Assembly: GCA_004524445.1 (NCBI GenBank)
Contig: SDNP01000001.1
Coordinates: 1 to 64,000, forward strand
DNA length: 64,000 nt
Origin: Candidatus Thorarchaeota archaeon
GTDB lineage: Archaea > Asgardarchaeota > Thorarchaeia > Thorarchaeales > Thorarchaeaceae
Direction of reading: 5' to 3'
How positions within the stretch are numbered: the first letter of the stretch is position 1; every line of letters begins with the position of its first letter. The notes below the pieces were generated by a model, which had not been told where the DNA came from, did not search any database, and saw only the letters and a program-made list of their open reading frames with translations. Below, in pieces: positions 1-9,609 of this stretch. The translations under genes and the position numbers were made by a program.

Positions 1-467
1 ACTTCAGTCGCTGGAATCGTGGCGAAATCAGCCCCGATTCCGATAATCACATCATTGGCTTGAATCTGCTCTTTTTCCCCAGAGTCAAGCGAAACTTCAA
101 CTTCTCGAGGCTTAGTAAACCGGGCTTTGCCCCTCAGCACTTCAACGCCGTTGTTCTTCAGCAGCGTTTCTACACCCTTCACAAGTCGTTCAGTCACACT
201 CTGGTTCCACTCCTGAAGCTTCTTGGCGTCTATGTGTACCCCTTCTACCTCAATGCCAAAATCAGGCACCTCATGGGAGATTTCGTGAAACTTGTCAGCT
301 GCCTCAATTATTGCCTTGGAGGGAATGCAGCCCCAATTTAGGCACTCGCCCCCGATTGATTCTTTCTCCACGAGGAGCACCTGCTTGCCTAATTGAGCAG
401 AACGAATTGCAGCAGGATAGCCCCCTGGACCTCCACCAATAACAAGTGCATCAACTTTTTTTGTCAA
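1..467 (-). CDS. lpdA: Dihydrolipoamide dehydrogenase (E3), N-terminal part, runs off the window start
   Basis: Not in ORF track; manual translation from TTG at 467 gives MTKKVDALVIGGGPGGYPAAIRSAQLGKQVLLVEKESIGGECLNWGCIPSKA (FAD-binding GxGxxG, redox CLNWGC); directly downstream of E2. Confidence 0.93.
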   Translation of the reverse strand, partial: MTKKVDALVIGGGPGGYPAAIRSAQLGKQVLLVEKESIGGECLNWGCIPSKAIIEAADKFHEISHEVPDFGIEVEGVHIDAKKLQEWNQSVTERLVKGVETLLKNNGVEVLRGKARFTKPREVEVSLDSGEKEQIQANDVIIGIGADFATIPATE

Positions 468-470
468 GGT

Positions 471-1694
471 TTATTCCTCCAGTAAGACAAGACCGGGATT
501 TTCCATGTACTTCATTAAGAGATTGGTGAACCTAGCAACTTTGGCACCATCTACCACTCTGTGATCAATCGATATTGACAGAAACATTGTCGGGCGTATT
601 GCAATCTCTGGTTTCCCGTTTTCTTTTACTACAACGGGCCGAAGTTTCTTGCGCATAACACCAAGAATAGCGACTTCAGGCCAATTTATGATAGGAGTCG
701 CCATTGCACCGCCAATGTTGCCAACTGACGTTATCGTAAAAGTACCTCCTTGTACATCCTCAAGAGTCAGTTTACCCGATCTTGCTCGTTTAGCCAGATC
801 TTCAATCTCTTCAGCAAGCTCCCATACGGTCTTGGCGTCCGCGTTCTTCACGACAGGTACCATAAGCCCTTCTTCAGTGTCTACGGCAATGCCAATGTTG
901 TAGTAGTGCTTGATAGTGATTTGCTCTCTCTCCTCATCTAGTGACGCATTCAACATTGGAAATTCTTTGAGCGCAGGAATGAGGCATTTGATGATCAACG
1001 GGAGATAGGTTAAACTTACTCCTTTCTCCTCGGCCATTGGCTTGGCTGCTTTCCTCAGCTCATCCATTGCTGACATATCCACCTCATCAAAGTAAGTGAA
1101 GTGGGCTGCTCTGTCCTTCGATCTCCTTAGTGATTTTGCGATTGAACGCCGAGTACCACGAAGGGGAATCACTTCCTCTGGCTTCTCGACTTCTCGTCGT
1201 GGTCTTTTTCTCTGCTTCTTGTAGCGCTCAAGGTCTTCTTGTTTGATTCTGCCTGCCGGCCCTGTACCTTCGACATCTTGAAGATCAATATCCGCCTCTC
1301 GAGCCCTTCGTCGCACTGCTGGGGCTGCAAGGACCTTCTTGGACTTCTTTTTCTTATCTCTCTTCTTGAAGGGAGCCGATGGTTTGAATAGAGAATCATC
1401 TTCTTCCTCTTTTGCGGGCTCCTTTTCCTCCTCCTTTGGTGTTTCCTCAGTTTCAATTTTCATCAGAACTTCATTGACCCGAACAATGTCCCCTTCCTCC
1501 TTTTCTAAGGACACAACCGTGCCATCTACGGGGGTTGTAATCTCAACATTCACCTTCTCTGTGTGGACCTCAACAACTGTCTGCTCTTCTTCAACCTCAT
1601 CCCCCTGACTCACATGCCACTCCATCACTTCTCCTTCTTGTACTCCTTCGCCAATATCTGCAAACTTCAATTCAAATATCATTATAACCATCAC
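471..1694 (-). CDS. pdhC: 2-oxoacid dehydrogenase E2 dihydrolipoamide acyltransferase
   Basis: N-terminal lipoyl domain (VHTEKV), E3-binding domain (AAPAVRRRARE...GTGPAGRI), catalytic DHRVVDG; substrate (pyruvate vs branched-chain) not resolved. Confidence 0.92.
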   Translation of the reverse strand: MMVIMIFELKFADIGEGVQEGEVMEWHVSQGDEVEEEQTVVEVHTEKVNVEITTPVDGTVVSLEKEEGDIVRVNEVLMKIETEETPKEEEKEPAKEEEDDSLFKPSAPFKKRDKKKKSKKVLAAPAVRRRAREADIDLQDVEGTGPAGRIKQEDLERYKKQRKRPRREVEKPEEVIPLRGTRRSIAKSLRRSKDRAAHFTYFDEVDMSAMDELRKAAKPMAEEKGVSLTYLPLIIKCLIPALKEFPMLNASLDEEREQITIKHYYNIGIAVDTEEGLMVPVVKNADAKTVWELAEEIEDLAKRARSGKLTLEDVQGGTFTITSVGNIGGAMATPIINWPEVAILGVMRKKLRPVVVKENGKPEIAIRPTMFLSISIDHRVVDGAKVARFTNLLMKYMENPGLVLLEE

Positions 1695-1697
1695 TCC

Positions 1698-2657
1698 TTA
1701 GAAATTATAGACTTCTTCTACTGCTCTCATCACGCGGTCTGTGGTCGGTAGGTAATCATGTTCCTGAATGAATGGAAAGGGAGTATCAAAGCCTGCGACT
1801 CTGAGAATGGGCCCCTCCATGTATTCAATCCATCTCTCCGCCACAAGAGCTGAGAGTTCGCCCCCGAATCCAGATGTCTTAGGGGCCTCCGTGACGCTGA
1901 CAACGCGCCCTGTCTTGGTCACCGATTTCTCCAATGTTTCGATATCCAGAGGCATTAGCGTCCTCAGATCAATGACCTCGCAGTCTATTTCGTTATTCAT
2001 TGCCTCTTCTGCAACGTTCAATGCCACGTGTAACATAGACCCATATGAGAGCAGAGTCACATCGGATCCTTCCCGAGCTATGCTTGCTTCTCCAAGAGGC
2101 ACCTGGTACTCGCCATCAGGCACTTCCTGTCGAAATGCCCTGTAGATACGTTTTGGCTCCATGAATAATACGGGATCGGGGTCTCTTATGGCAGAAATGA
2201 GGAGCCCTTTGCTATCATATGGATTGCTGGGAATGACAACTTTGATCCCAGGGGTATGAGTGAAATATGTTTCTGGACTCTGGCTGTGGTAGAGTGCGCC
2301 ACCTACTCCTCCACCATATGGGGCTCTCAAAACTAAGGGTACATGATAAGTCCCACCACTTCGATACCTGTACTTCGTCACCTCAGACATTATCTGGTCA
2401 AAGCCAGGCCAAATGAAGTCAACAAACTGAATCTCAGCTACTGGTCTAAGTCCGTATAGAGCCATTCCCGTGGCGAAACCTATCACCCCACTTTCACTCA
2501 GAGGTGTATCTATGACTCGTTCTTTGCCGTATTTATCTAGAAGGCCTTCTGTGGCTCGAAAGACTCCACCGTTGACCCCGATGTCTTCTCCCAACAAGAT
2601 AACTCTATCATCCCTCTCCATTTCTTCATCAAGAGCCAATCGTATGCTCTCAACCAT
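1698..2657 (-). CDS. pdhB: 2-oxoacid dehydrogenase E1 beta subunit
   Basis: LGEDIGVNGGVFRAT, DTPLSE, EIQFVDF, HSQSPE motifs; ORF track extends to 2732 but ATG at 2657 avoids the overlap with E1a. Confidence 0.93.
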   Translation of the reverse strand: MVESIRLALDEEMERDDRVILLGEDIGVNGGVFRATEGLLDKYGKERVIDTPLSESGVIGFATGMALYGLRPVAEIQFVDFIWPGFDQIMSEVTKYRYRSGGTYHVPLVLRAPYGGGVGGALYHSQSPETYFTHTPGIKVVIPSNPYDSKGLLISAIRDPDPVLFMEPKRIYRAFRQEVPDGEYQVPLGEASIAREGSDVTLLSYGSMLHVALNVAEEAMNNEIDCEVIDLRTLMPLDIETLEKSVTKTGRVVSVTEAPKTSGFGGELSALVAERWIEYMEGPILRVAGFDTPFPFIQEHDYLPTTDRVMRAVEEVYNF

Positions 2658-2674
2658 AGTTTGTTCTGGTAAGA

Positions 2675-3739
2675 CTAACCCCTCCTCTTCTTTAGGTCTC
2701 TCAGACTTCTCAGCTGTTCTTGGAGATGCCAAGGCATCCGTGCGTAGACATCGCTGAATATAGTCTCGATTCCAACTTTATCTTTCTCCGCGGCCTTCTT
2801 GATTAACTTCTTGAGCCTTTCATCAAATTCTTCGTGTATCTTTTCCAGCTCCTTCTCTGTGAAGATCTTCTTTTGACGAAGGTATTTGCCTAGGCGTTCT
2901 ATGGGGTCCTTCTCGGCCCACCTTTTGACTTCTTCTTCCGATCTGTATCTGCTTGGATCATCTGAGGAGGTGTGTGGGCCTCTCCGATAGGTAACACTCT
3001 CTATGAATGTGGGCCCTTCTCCTGACCTAGCTCGTTCGGCAGCTTCTTTGGCTGCATTATAGATAGCAAGAACGTCATTGCCATCAACTTGCACCCCTCG
3101 AATACCATAACCCTTGGCCTTGTGCACTATCTCCTCTGCACCGGTCTGTCTCTCTACAGGGAGTGAGATAGCATACTGATTATTTTGACAGATCAAGACC
3201 GATGGCGTTTGAAACACGCCTGCAAAGGTCATCCCTGAATGGAAGTCATTACTACTTGTTGCACCCTCGCCAAAGAAAACAAGAGTTATGACATCCTCCT
3301 CCCGGTACCTTGCGGCATAAGCAGCGCCTACCGCATGGATAATCTGAGTTCCTATTGGCGCCGATGGATTCACGAACCTTACATCAGGGTCACCGAACAG
3401 ACCTGGAAGTCTCCGGCCTTTTTGACGGTCTTCAGTGTTCGCGAAGAACTGGTTAACAATGTCTTTCAGTGGTGTCCCTCTGTATATTGCCGCCCCATGT
3501 TCTCTATAGGCTGGGAAGACCCAATCTGTCTCTTCCAGAGCTGCCACCGCGGCAACGTGCGCTTCTTGTCCAGTTGTAGGAATATGAAATCCAATTCGCC
3601 CTTGCCGCTGCAATTTCATCCCCTTTTCATCTAAGGTGCGAAGTGCTACCATGGTTCTATACCACAGTTTCAACTCATCATCTGAAATATCAGGTTCCAG
3701 TTCCTTGTTTATTGTCCCATCGAGTTCTAATACGCGCAT
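2675..3739 (-). CDS. pdhA: 2-oxoacid dehydrogenase E1 alpha subunit
   Basis: LQRQGRIGF, GQEA, TPP motif GEGATS...NNQYAIS, YRRGPHTSSDDPSRYR; start refined to ATG 3739. Confidence 0.93.
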   Translation of the reverse strand: MRVLELDGTINKELEPDISDDELKLWYRTMVALRTLDEKGMKLQRQGRIGFHIPTTGQEAHVAAVAALEETDWVFPAYREHGAAIYRGTPLKDIVNQFFANTEDRQKGRRLPGLFGDPDVRFVNPSAPIGTQIIHAVGAAYAARYREEDVITLVFFGEGATSSNDFHSGMTFAGVFQTPSVLICQNNQYAISLPVERQTGAEEIVHKAKGYGIRGVQVDGNDVLAIYNAAKEAAERARSGEGPTFIESVTYRRGPHTSSDDPSRYRSEEEVKRWAEKDPIERLGKYLRQKKIFTEKELEKIHEEFDERLKKLIKKAAEKDKVGIETIFSDVYARMPWHLQEQLRSLRDLKKRRG

Positions 3740-3962
3740 CAATACCCTACATCTCCGCCGCAAGATGGAACATATCGAATCAGAGAACATTCATTTGACA
3801 TGGTCCCACCAGCCGGATTTTATTATCTATTGTTAACTATATATGATGACAGAGGTAAAAAGCTTCGCTTAGCTCTCTTAATTCACTCCAAATGTCAGAA
3901 ATCAACTCAAGTCAGCCAGACATGTTTTTATCCAGAAAGACCACGCGATATGCGGTGGAGAG

Positions 3963-4088
3963 ATGATAACGTGGATTCTAGCTGCAGTCGTCAGTGGCTT
4001 TGTTGTATTACTGATGCATCAAGTGGCTTTTTTGAGTAGAAAACGCCTATCGCCCATTGATATGAACCAAAGTGAACTAAATCTCTAG
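3963..4088 (+). CDS. Putative 41-aa single-TM small protein
   Basis: MITWILAAVVSGFVVLLMHQVAFLSRKRLSPIDMNQSELNL; GGTGGAG upstream; stop 6 nt before cupin start. Confidence 0.35.
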   Translation: MITWILAAVVSGFVVLLMHQVAFLSRKRLSPIDMNQSELNL

Positions 4089-4094
4089 GAGAAG

Positions 4095-4424
4095 TTGGTC
4101 TTGAAATCAATACACGTAAAGGAATGCTTGGAAAAATTGGCTGAACCTTGGCAGCCAAAAGAGATTGTGAAGGTAAACGACCACGTGGTTCGAGTGGCTC
4201 TTTTTGATGGGGAATATCATTGGCACAAGCATTCCGAGTACGATGAGCTCTTCTATGTTATAAACGGCCGAATTCTCATAGAGATCAGGAATAGGGCCTC
4301 CATCCTCCTAAAAGCCGGTCAACTCGCAGTGGTACCTCAGGGTGTTGAACACCGTCCCTTGGCAAAAGAACCAGCACATGTTCTTCTATTTGAACCAAAG
4401 AACCTCGTATCTACGGGCGATTAG
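4095..4424 (+). CDS. Cupin domain protein
   Basis: WHKH...DELF...VVPQGVEHRP cupin metal-binding motifs. Confidence 0.88.
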   Translation: MVLKSIHVKECLEKLAEPWQPKEIVKVNDHVVRVALFDGEYHWHKHSEYDELFYVINGRILIEIRNRASILLKAGQLAVVPQGVEHRPLAKEPAHVLLFEPKNLVSTGD

Positions 4425-4471
4425 ATCTACGCCGTTCCCCAATCTGATTTCTGTCCTCTGAGTAAATTATG

Positions 4472-5038
4472 CTATTCAATGATAAACGGTCTATTGCAGT
4501 TTTGACATATCACTCCGACAGAATCTTTATCCTCACCCCGGTCATAAGAATAGACTGCAGAACACATAGGGCAGCGGATCGGTTTCGTGTCCTTTGTTGA
4601 TGGAGGTCGTAGTTCAGCTCTGAGGAGGGATGCTCCACAATTCTGACATTTTATTGATTCTGATTCATTGATATGACTGCAATAGGGGCAGACTGGCAAG
4701 AAGTCCGGCTTTCCTCTTTTCATCATTTCAGCATACCATTCACTATCTTGCGGAACACCAGGCATACCCTCTCTATATCGTACCCTCATGCCCATACCGC
4801 ATGCATGCATGAAAATCACTCCAAATAGCACAAGGAAGAATCCTGTAAGAGGGAACAAGAAGCATACTGGTATGCCGAAAGCCAGCAAAAAGAGACCCAA
4901 AACCATGTTTCGGGCACGATAGTCCGCACGAAGACAGTCTAGTGAGCAGTAGGTCATATCGTGATACTTAATCCATGTATCTGTCTTGGAAGTGCCACAA
5001 ACCTTGCATCTGGTGTTTTCCTGTTCTTGGGCAGACAT
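4472..5038 (-). CDS. Membrane protein with TRASH-like and zinc-ribbon Cys motifs
   Basis: CKVC...YCSLDC, two TM helices, then CPYC/CQNC and CPMC/CQNC; GGAGGT before ATG 5038. Confidence 0.7.
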   Translation of the reverse strand: MSAQEQENTRCKVCGTSKTDTWIKYHDMTYCSLDCLRADYRARNMVLGLFLLAFGIPVCFLFPLTGFFLVLFGVIFMHACGMGMRVRYREGMPGVPQDSEWYAEMMKRGKPDFLPVCPYCSHINESESIKCQNCGASLLRAELRPPSTKDTKPIRCPMCSAVYSYDRGEDKDSVGVICQNCNRPFIIE

Positions 5039-5201
5039 ACCTCCCTTGACAGCATCAGGCACCGTTATTCCCCTCAACATTCTATTGGGCACGAATGGTA
5101 TTAGCCTTTTCCGAAGGCTGAGAGCGCATCATCATGAGCAACCGAACAACCTACCTAAGAAATGAATAATATGATATGCTTTAGCGTGTCTATATGGAAG
5201 C

Positions 5202-5861
5202 ATGTACTCCTTTGATGAGATTGCCATCTTCGGATATGGAGGGCGGAACGTACCCAATGAATATCTCCATCTGAAAAAGGAATCTGATAAATTGGCCATG
5301 ATTTTCCCTGGTCGGGGATACACTACCCAGGCTCCTCTTCTCTATTATACTGCTAGGACCCTACTTGACAAAGGATACAATGTGCTGAATATCAACTACA
5401 ACTACCTGCACAACAGTGATTTCAGTAACGCCAGCAAAGAAGACCAGATCAAATGGATTAGAACTGACACCTCTGCCGCGTATGAGTCTACTAAGAAGAT
5501 TGATGCTGATGTAGAAATTATCGTTGGCAAGTCTTTGGGCACCATTGCCTTGTCGCATCTTCTGAAAAACTATCCTGAGACTCGTCAGATGAAGACCATA
5601 TGGCACACTCCTCTGATTTTGTCAGAAGATATACAAGATGCGATACGATTTCACAGCTCGCGACCGCTTCTTGTCATAGGAAAAAAGGACCCTCACTATG
5701 AGGTATCCGTTCTGGAGGATTTGCTAGGGTCAACTGATGGTGTGGCCAAGGTCATTGAAGACGCCAATCATGGAATGGAGGTGCCCGGTGGTCCTCAGGC
5801 ACTCTTAGAGGTCATGATTGAGATTGTTAAAGCAATGACTACTTACATAGAGTCAGATTGA
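5202..5861 (+). CDS. Alpha/beta hydrolase
   Basis: PGRGY oxyanion, GKSLG nucleophile, D (KKDPHY) and H (DANHGM) triad. Confidence 0.85.
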   Translation: MYSFDEIAIFGYGGRNVPNEYLHLKKESDKLAMIFPGRGYTTQAPLLYYTARTLLDKGYNVLNINYNYLHNSDFSNASKEDQIKWIRTDTSAAYESTKKIDADVEIIVGKSLGTIALSHLLKNYPETRQMKTIWHTPLILSEDIQDAIRFHSSRPLLVIGKKDPHYEVSVLEDLLGSTDGVAKVIEDANHGMEVPGGPQALLEVMIEIVKAMTTYIESD

Positions 5862-5945
5862 TTTGTTTGCCAAAAAGAGAGAGAGCAGAGCACTGTCTAG
5901 CTAGGAGAACACTGTCCTCTTTCTGGTAGACAACGCTCGAATATA

Positions 5946-6545
5946 CTATGGCCCTAGAAGCGTAATACCGATTGTTGCGGCAAACAATATAGCCAGCAGC
6001 ACAAGACAGATGATGCATCGGCCCATGCCGCCTTTGCCCTTGAAGAAGATGCGGTCCACAACGACTGCAGATGCTACTGCATGAAGCCAATCCATGTAGT
6101 CTCCAACTCGAACGACGAATTGGTCTCTCACAGATATGATTTTCTTATTCAGTTGAAACGCAAATCTGCCTGCACTATCATACGCGTCAAAACCCCATGC
6201 CAGAAAACCACCTTGGGCCTTGATGACGTCGTCACGGTAATGAATCTTGAAGTTCTTCCGGAATGCAATCCACGGTCTAGTCAGCTTTGCGACCTTCTCA
6301 CCATCGGGATCCTTCAGCCAAAACGTCTTATCAAAGAATCCTCCCTTGGCTGTCAGCAGCGGGTTTCCATTTGGGTCCTCAAAATTGATTGTTGAACGAA
6401 AAACACTAAGCCAAGTTTGTCGTCCAACTGCTAGTTTTTCGTCAGTTTTCTCATCATAGATCTCGTATACGGGCCTCAAAGACACAATCTTTTGCTTGAC
6501 CCTAAAATCTCTTGTTTCTTTTTCTTCTCCGGTGTCCATCTCCAC
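5946..6545 (-). CDS. LURP-one/tubby-C (scramblase-like) protein with C-terminal TM
   Basis: VKQKIVSLRPVYEIYDE, KKIISVRDQF repeats typical of the family; hydrophobic C-tail. Confidence 0.75.
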   Translation of the reverse strand: MEMDTGEEKETRDFRVKQKIVSLRPVYEIYDEKTDEKLAVGRQTWLSVFRSTINFEDPNGNPLLTAKGGFFDKTFWLKDPDGEKVAKLTRPWIAFRKNFKIHYRDDVIKAQGGFLAWGFDAYDSAGRFAFQLNKKIISVRDQFVVRVGDYMDWLHAVASAVVVDRIFFKGKGGMGRCIICLVLLAILFAATIGITLLGP

Positions 6546-6692
6546 GTGAATACCACCTATCTATGGGATGACATTCCGTAATTTAAGGATGTATAGCACA
6601 TACTAGAAGCAGATTTGTTCCTATTCAGTATTTGATATTGCTCTTGACGCTGTGGAGCATTACACCTAGTAAAAGGACAACCGTCTATAGTA

Positions 6693-7454
6693 TCACCAGT
6701 CTGCAATTCTAGTTGTGTTTCCTTGGTTGTACAAATAGATGTCATTCTCTCCGACCTGGAATCCCACGCCGCCAAGATATGGTTCTCTATCTTCTTTACG
6801 TAATGGTCGCTCAAGGATTGCTCGTTTGGCACTCATTAGACAGAGGTCGTGTGTGACATGAATGTGAAGAACCCCTCTGGAATCATCTCTGATTCTTTCG
6901 ATGGTGTCCTCTCTCAGTCTTTGAACGTACTCGTCAAAGGGTTCCATATTGTCGCTAAATTCTCCGCTGGCCCACCAATTCACGAATTCGGTCACATTCT
7001 TGCCGTCGGGCTCTAAATTTTCCCAAACAATATCTTTGGCATTCTGGGGGCCCACAATCGTTGGAAGTGGCTCGAATTCGTCTATAGTCGCATCTCTCTC
7101 GATTAGGGCTTTACGGATCTCTTCTGCTGTTTCATAGCACCTTGACACAAAACTGAAGAAAATTCTCGTTAGTCTATGACTTGGGATATGCTGTCCGAAC
7201 TGGAATGAGAGTTTCTTGCCCAGTTCGGTTAGCCCTGCATTCACCATCTCATCATATGTATTCAGTGTCACTCGATGAGAGTGCCTGACCAGAAGGAGGA
7301 TAGAATTGTCTGGAGGCATTGAGTCTGCCCAAGATGCCAAGCCTCTTGCATTCTCCAGCCAGTCGACTCTATCCCACTTTTCAGCGATGTCCACATTACT
7401 TCCTCCTACAATGGGATTCCGACAATGCTCTGCCCTGCTATTCTCGAGGCCCAA
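6693..7454 (-). CDS. Histidine phosphatase superfamily protein
   Basis: LLVRHSHR, LTELG, SRCYETA, HVTHD motifs; start uncertain. Confidence 0.8.
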   Translation of the reverse strand: MGLENSRAEHCRNPIVGGSNVDIAEKWDRVDWLENARGLASWADSMPPDNSILLLVRHSHRVTLNTYDEMVNAGLTELGKKLSFQFGQHIPSHRLTRIFFSFVSRCYETAEEIRKALIERDATIDEFEPLPTIVGPQNAKDIVWENLEPDGKNVTEFVNWWASGEFSDNMEPFDEYVQRLREDTIERIRDDSRGVLHIHVTHDLCLMSAKRAILERPLRKEDREPYLGGVGFQVGENDIYLYNQGNTTRIADW

Positions 7455-7631
7455 CCATCATCCAAATCGACCATAATGTTCAGACAGGTCGGGCTGAGAT
7501 TGAACCTGATTTAAACCCGTCGTAGGCCCACCAAGGTATAATTTATTGATTGCATCCTTCAAATAGCAACTTGGAAAATGCTGGCAAACTTTTAATTTCG
7601 TCCAAGATAAATTATGTACAAGTGAAAAATA

Positions 7632-7937
7632 TTGAACGAGGGCGAGGACCAAAGGCATGCAGATGAGGAAAGGCCGACCTGGAAACGAGTCGGAAAAATC
7701 TTATTCGTTGTTGGACTCATCTTGATAGTTTCAAATGGAATATTGGCTATTCTTGCTGGTTTTGCCGAAGCATATTCAGAGTCGATGATTTTGGTTTCGG
7801 TATACAACCAATACGCATATCCAACTACGATTGTTGGGGTTTTTCTGCTCATTTTGGGCATTCTTACTTATCTTTGGGCAGATGGCTTGCACCGTGAGTT
7901 TGTGTGGTCAATGAAAACAGGCCCCTATTACAAATAG
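7632..7937 (+). CDS. Hypothetical 2-TM membrane protein
   Basis: Two hydrophobic helices. Confidence 0.6.
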   Translation: MNEGEDQRHADEERPTWKRVGKILFVVGLILIVSNGILAILAGFAEAYSESMILVSVYNQYAYPTTIVGVFLLILGILTYLWADGLHREFVWSMKTGPYYK

Positions 7938-8018
7938 CACCTGTGCTAACTCTGCAATTCATGAATCAGAGCAATACTATTAACGGCGGCAGTCACCCGA
8001 CACTGAGGGGGGAAATAA

Positions 8019-8393
8019 ATGACTCAGAGAGATCCTAAGCTGACTGCCCTGCTCTTTAATGAACGAATTAATAGTCTGGATTTGGAGGGACTGGTTGGTT
8101 TCATGACAGATGACCACACCTTCATCGACTCTACAGAAGAGGCCCACGTGGGAAAAGAAAAGATGAAGGAGGGGCGGGAGGACTTTTTCTCAAAGCACCC
8201 AGACTAACTGAACATCTTCAGAAGGGTGGAAAACAGAGGGAATCTTGTGGTTATGATTGGGCATTCTGAATGCTCTGTTGATGTTTTAGATGGCCCTGCA
8301 ATCTGGACTGCAAAGATTAGAGGCGATCAAGTGGCTGAGTGGCGGGTCTATGATGATACACAAGAAAACCGCACGGAGCTCGGAATTCTATAA
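8019..8393 (+). pseudogene. SnoaL/NTF2-like protein interrupted by in-frame TAA (8205-8207)
   Basis: Frame continues past the stop as LNIFRRVENRGNLVVMIGHSECSVDVLDGPAIWTAKIRGDQVAEWRVYDDTQENRTELGIL to TAA 8391-8393, completing an NTF2-like fold. Confidence 0.8.
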
Positions 8394-8533
8394 GCAGGTA
8401 ACGAACCGCCCTTCTATTTTCCCTACAAAAAAGTGAAAAAGTCTGAAGAATGATGGGATAACATATCCTACGATTCTCGATTTAATCCGTTCTGCTTTTC
8501 AAGAAGGTTAATAAGAAAAACAAATTAACTATA

Positions 8534-8845
8534 GTGTATATGGTGATGCAATTGGCACTAATTATGATGTATAAGACCCAAATCAAACCGGACAAACTAG
8601 AAGAGATGGACGAGCTCCGAGGTGCGTTTATGGATATTTATGAAAAACATGATGTGGACGTTATCGGTCACTGGAGAGAGAGCAAAACTCCACACATCAG
8701 CTACTACATGGCACGATACGATGATGAAGATGATTATACGAAGACTGTGCTGAAGCTGCATGAGGATCATCAGTATCGGGAACTCACCGCTAGACTGAAC
8801 GAAATTCGTACTGATTTTGAGGCTACCCGTCTTACGCCTGTTTAG
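8534..8845 (+). CDS. NIPSNAP-like dimeric alpha/beta barrel protein
   Basis: YKTQIKPDKLEE...IYEKHDVDVIGHW...LTPV pattern. Confidence 0.65.
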   Translation: MYMVMQLALIMMYKTQIKPDKLEEMDELRGAFMDIYEKHDVDVIGHWRESKTPHISYYMARYDDEDDYTKTVLKLHEDHQYRELTARLNEIRTDFEATRLTPV

Positions 8846-8937
8846 GTCTAATTCTGTAAAAACATGATTTCCCCACTATCAAAATCGGAAAACGGAACAT
8901 CCTTAAACTCAGTTGCCCTGATTCCTGGGGAGATTCG

Positions 8938-9452
8938 TTGCAGTCTAGCAATGGGATATTGGAATCACAGAGGGAAAAAAGAAATCGCCAAGCTGTTCTT
9001 TTGAGTCTAATATTTGTTACTCTGTTGGCCCCTTCTTTGTTCACATCATTGTTGGATCCAACTACACCTATATCCGCCTTTATGCAACGATATGGATTTG
9101 GGTGGCTGGTCCAATGGGTGTTCCGGGCGGAACTGTCCAGACTCTCTATATCATGACCGACACACTCCCCCGGATGTTCTTGCGGCATGTGTTTATCTAT
9201 CTGGTTAGCAGGTACTATCTAGGCTTGACAGCAAAACGAAAAATCTTGATTTTTGCAGTCATTGTTGAAGTCCAACCTATTCTCCTATACTATTTCCCGT
9301 ATCTTGTTACCGGAACATTGTTTCTGTGGCCGTGGATGATTCTCCTGAGTGGATTTCCTATTCCATCACTAACTGTCGCTGCCCTTACTCCAATGAAGAC
9401 CCGACCGCGTCCAGACCATGCCTTGTGGGCGGAAAAACGAAAAAATGGATAA
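8938..9452 (+). pseudogene. Frameshifted tandem paralog of 9610-10284 membrane protein
   Basis: N-term MQSSNGILESQREKRNR matches MQSEPSEHESQKEKRTR; the other frame from ~9030 reads FFVHIIVGSNYTYIRLYATIWIW...RHVFIYLVSRYYL matching YYGYVQVMAMTWIW...RLVFVYMVNRYYL. Confidence 0.75.
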
Positions 9453-9609
9453 GTTGTGTCAAACAGGATTAGTAACTACTAGTCATTTATTCTACCTTCG
9501 TCAGGAGCAACCAAACGAAACAATGACTGCAACGAGAAATCAACTGACCTGGGACAAAAAAAGAAAACTATCTTAAGACAAGCTGCATCAGATATTTCGG
9601 GGAGATTCC

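Noticed and set aside
2658-2732. 58-nt overlap of E1b with E1a
   Set aside because: More simply explained by a downstream start (ATG 2657)
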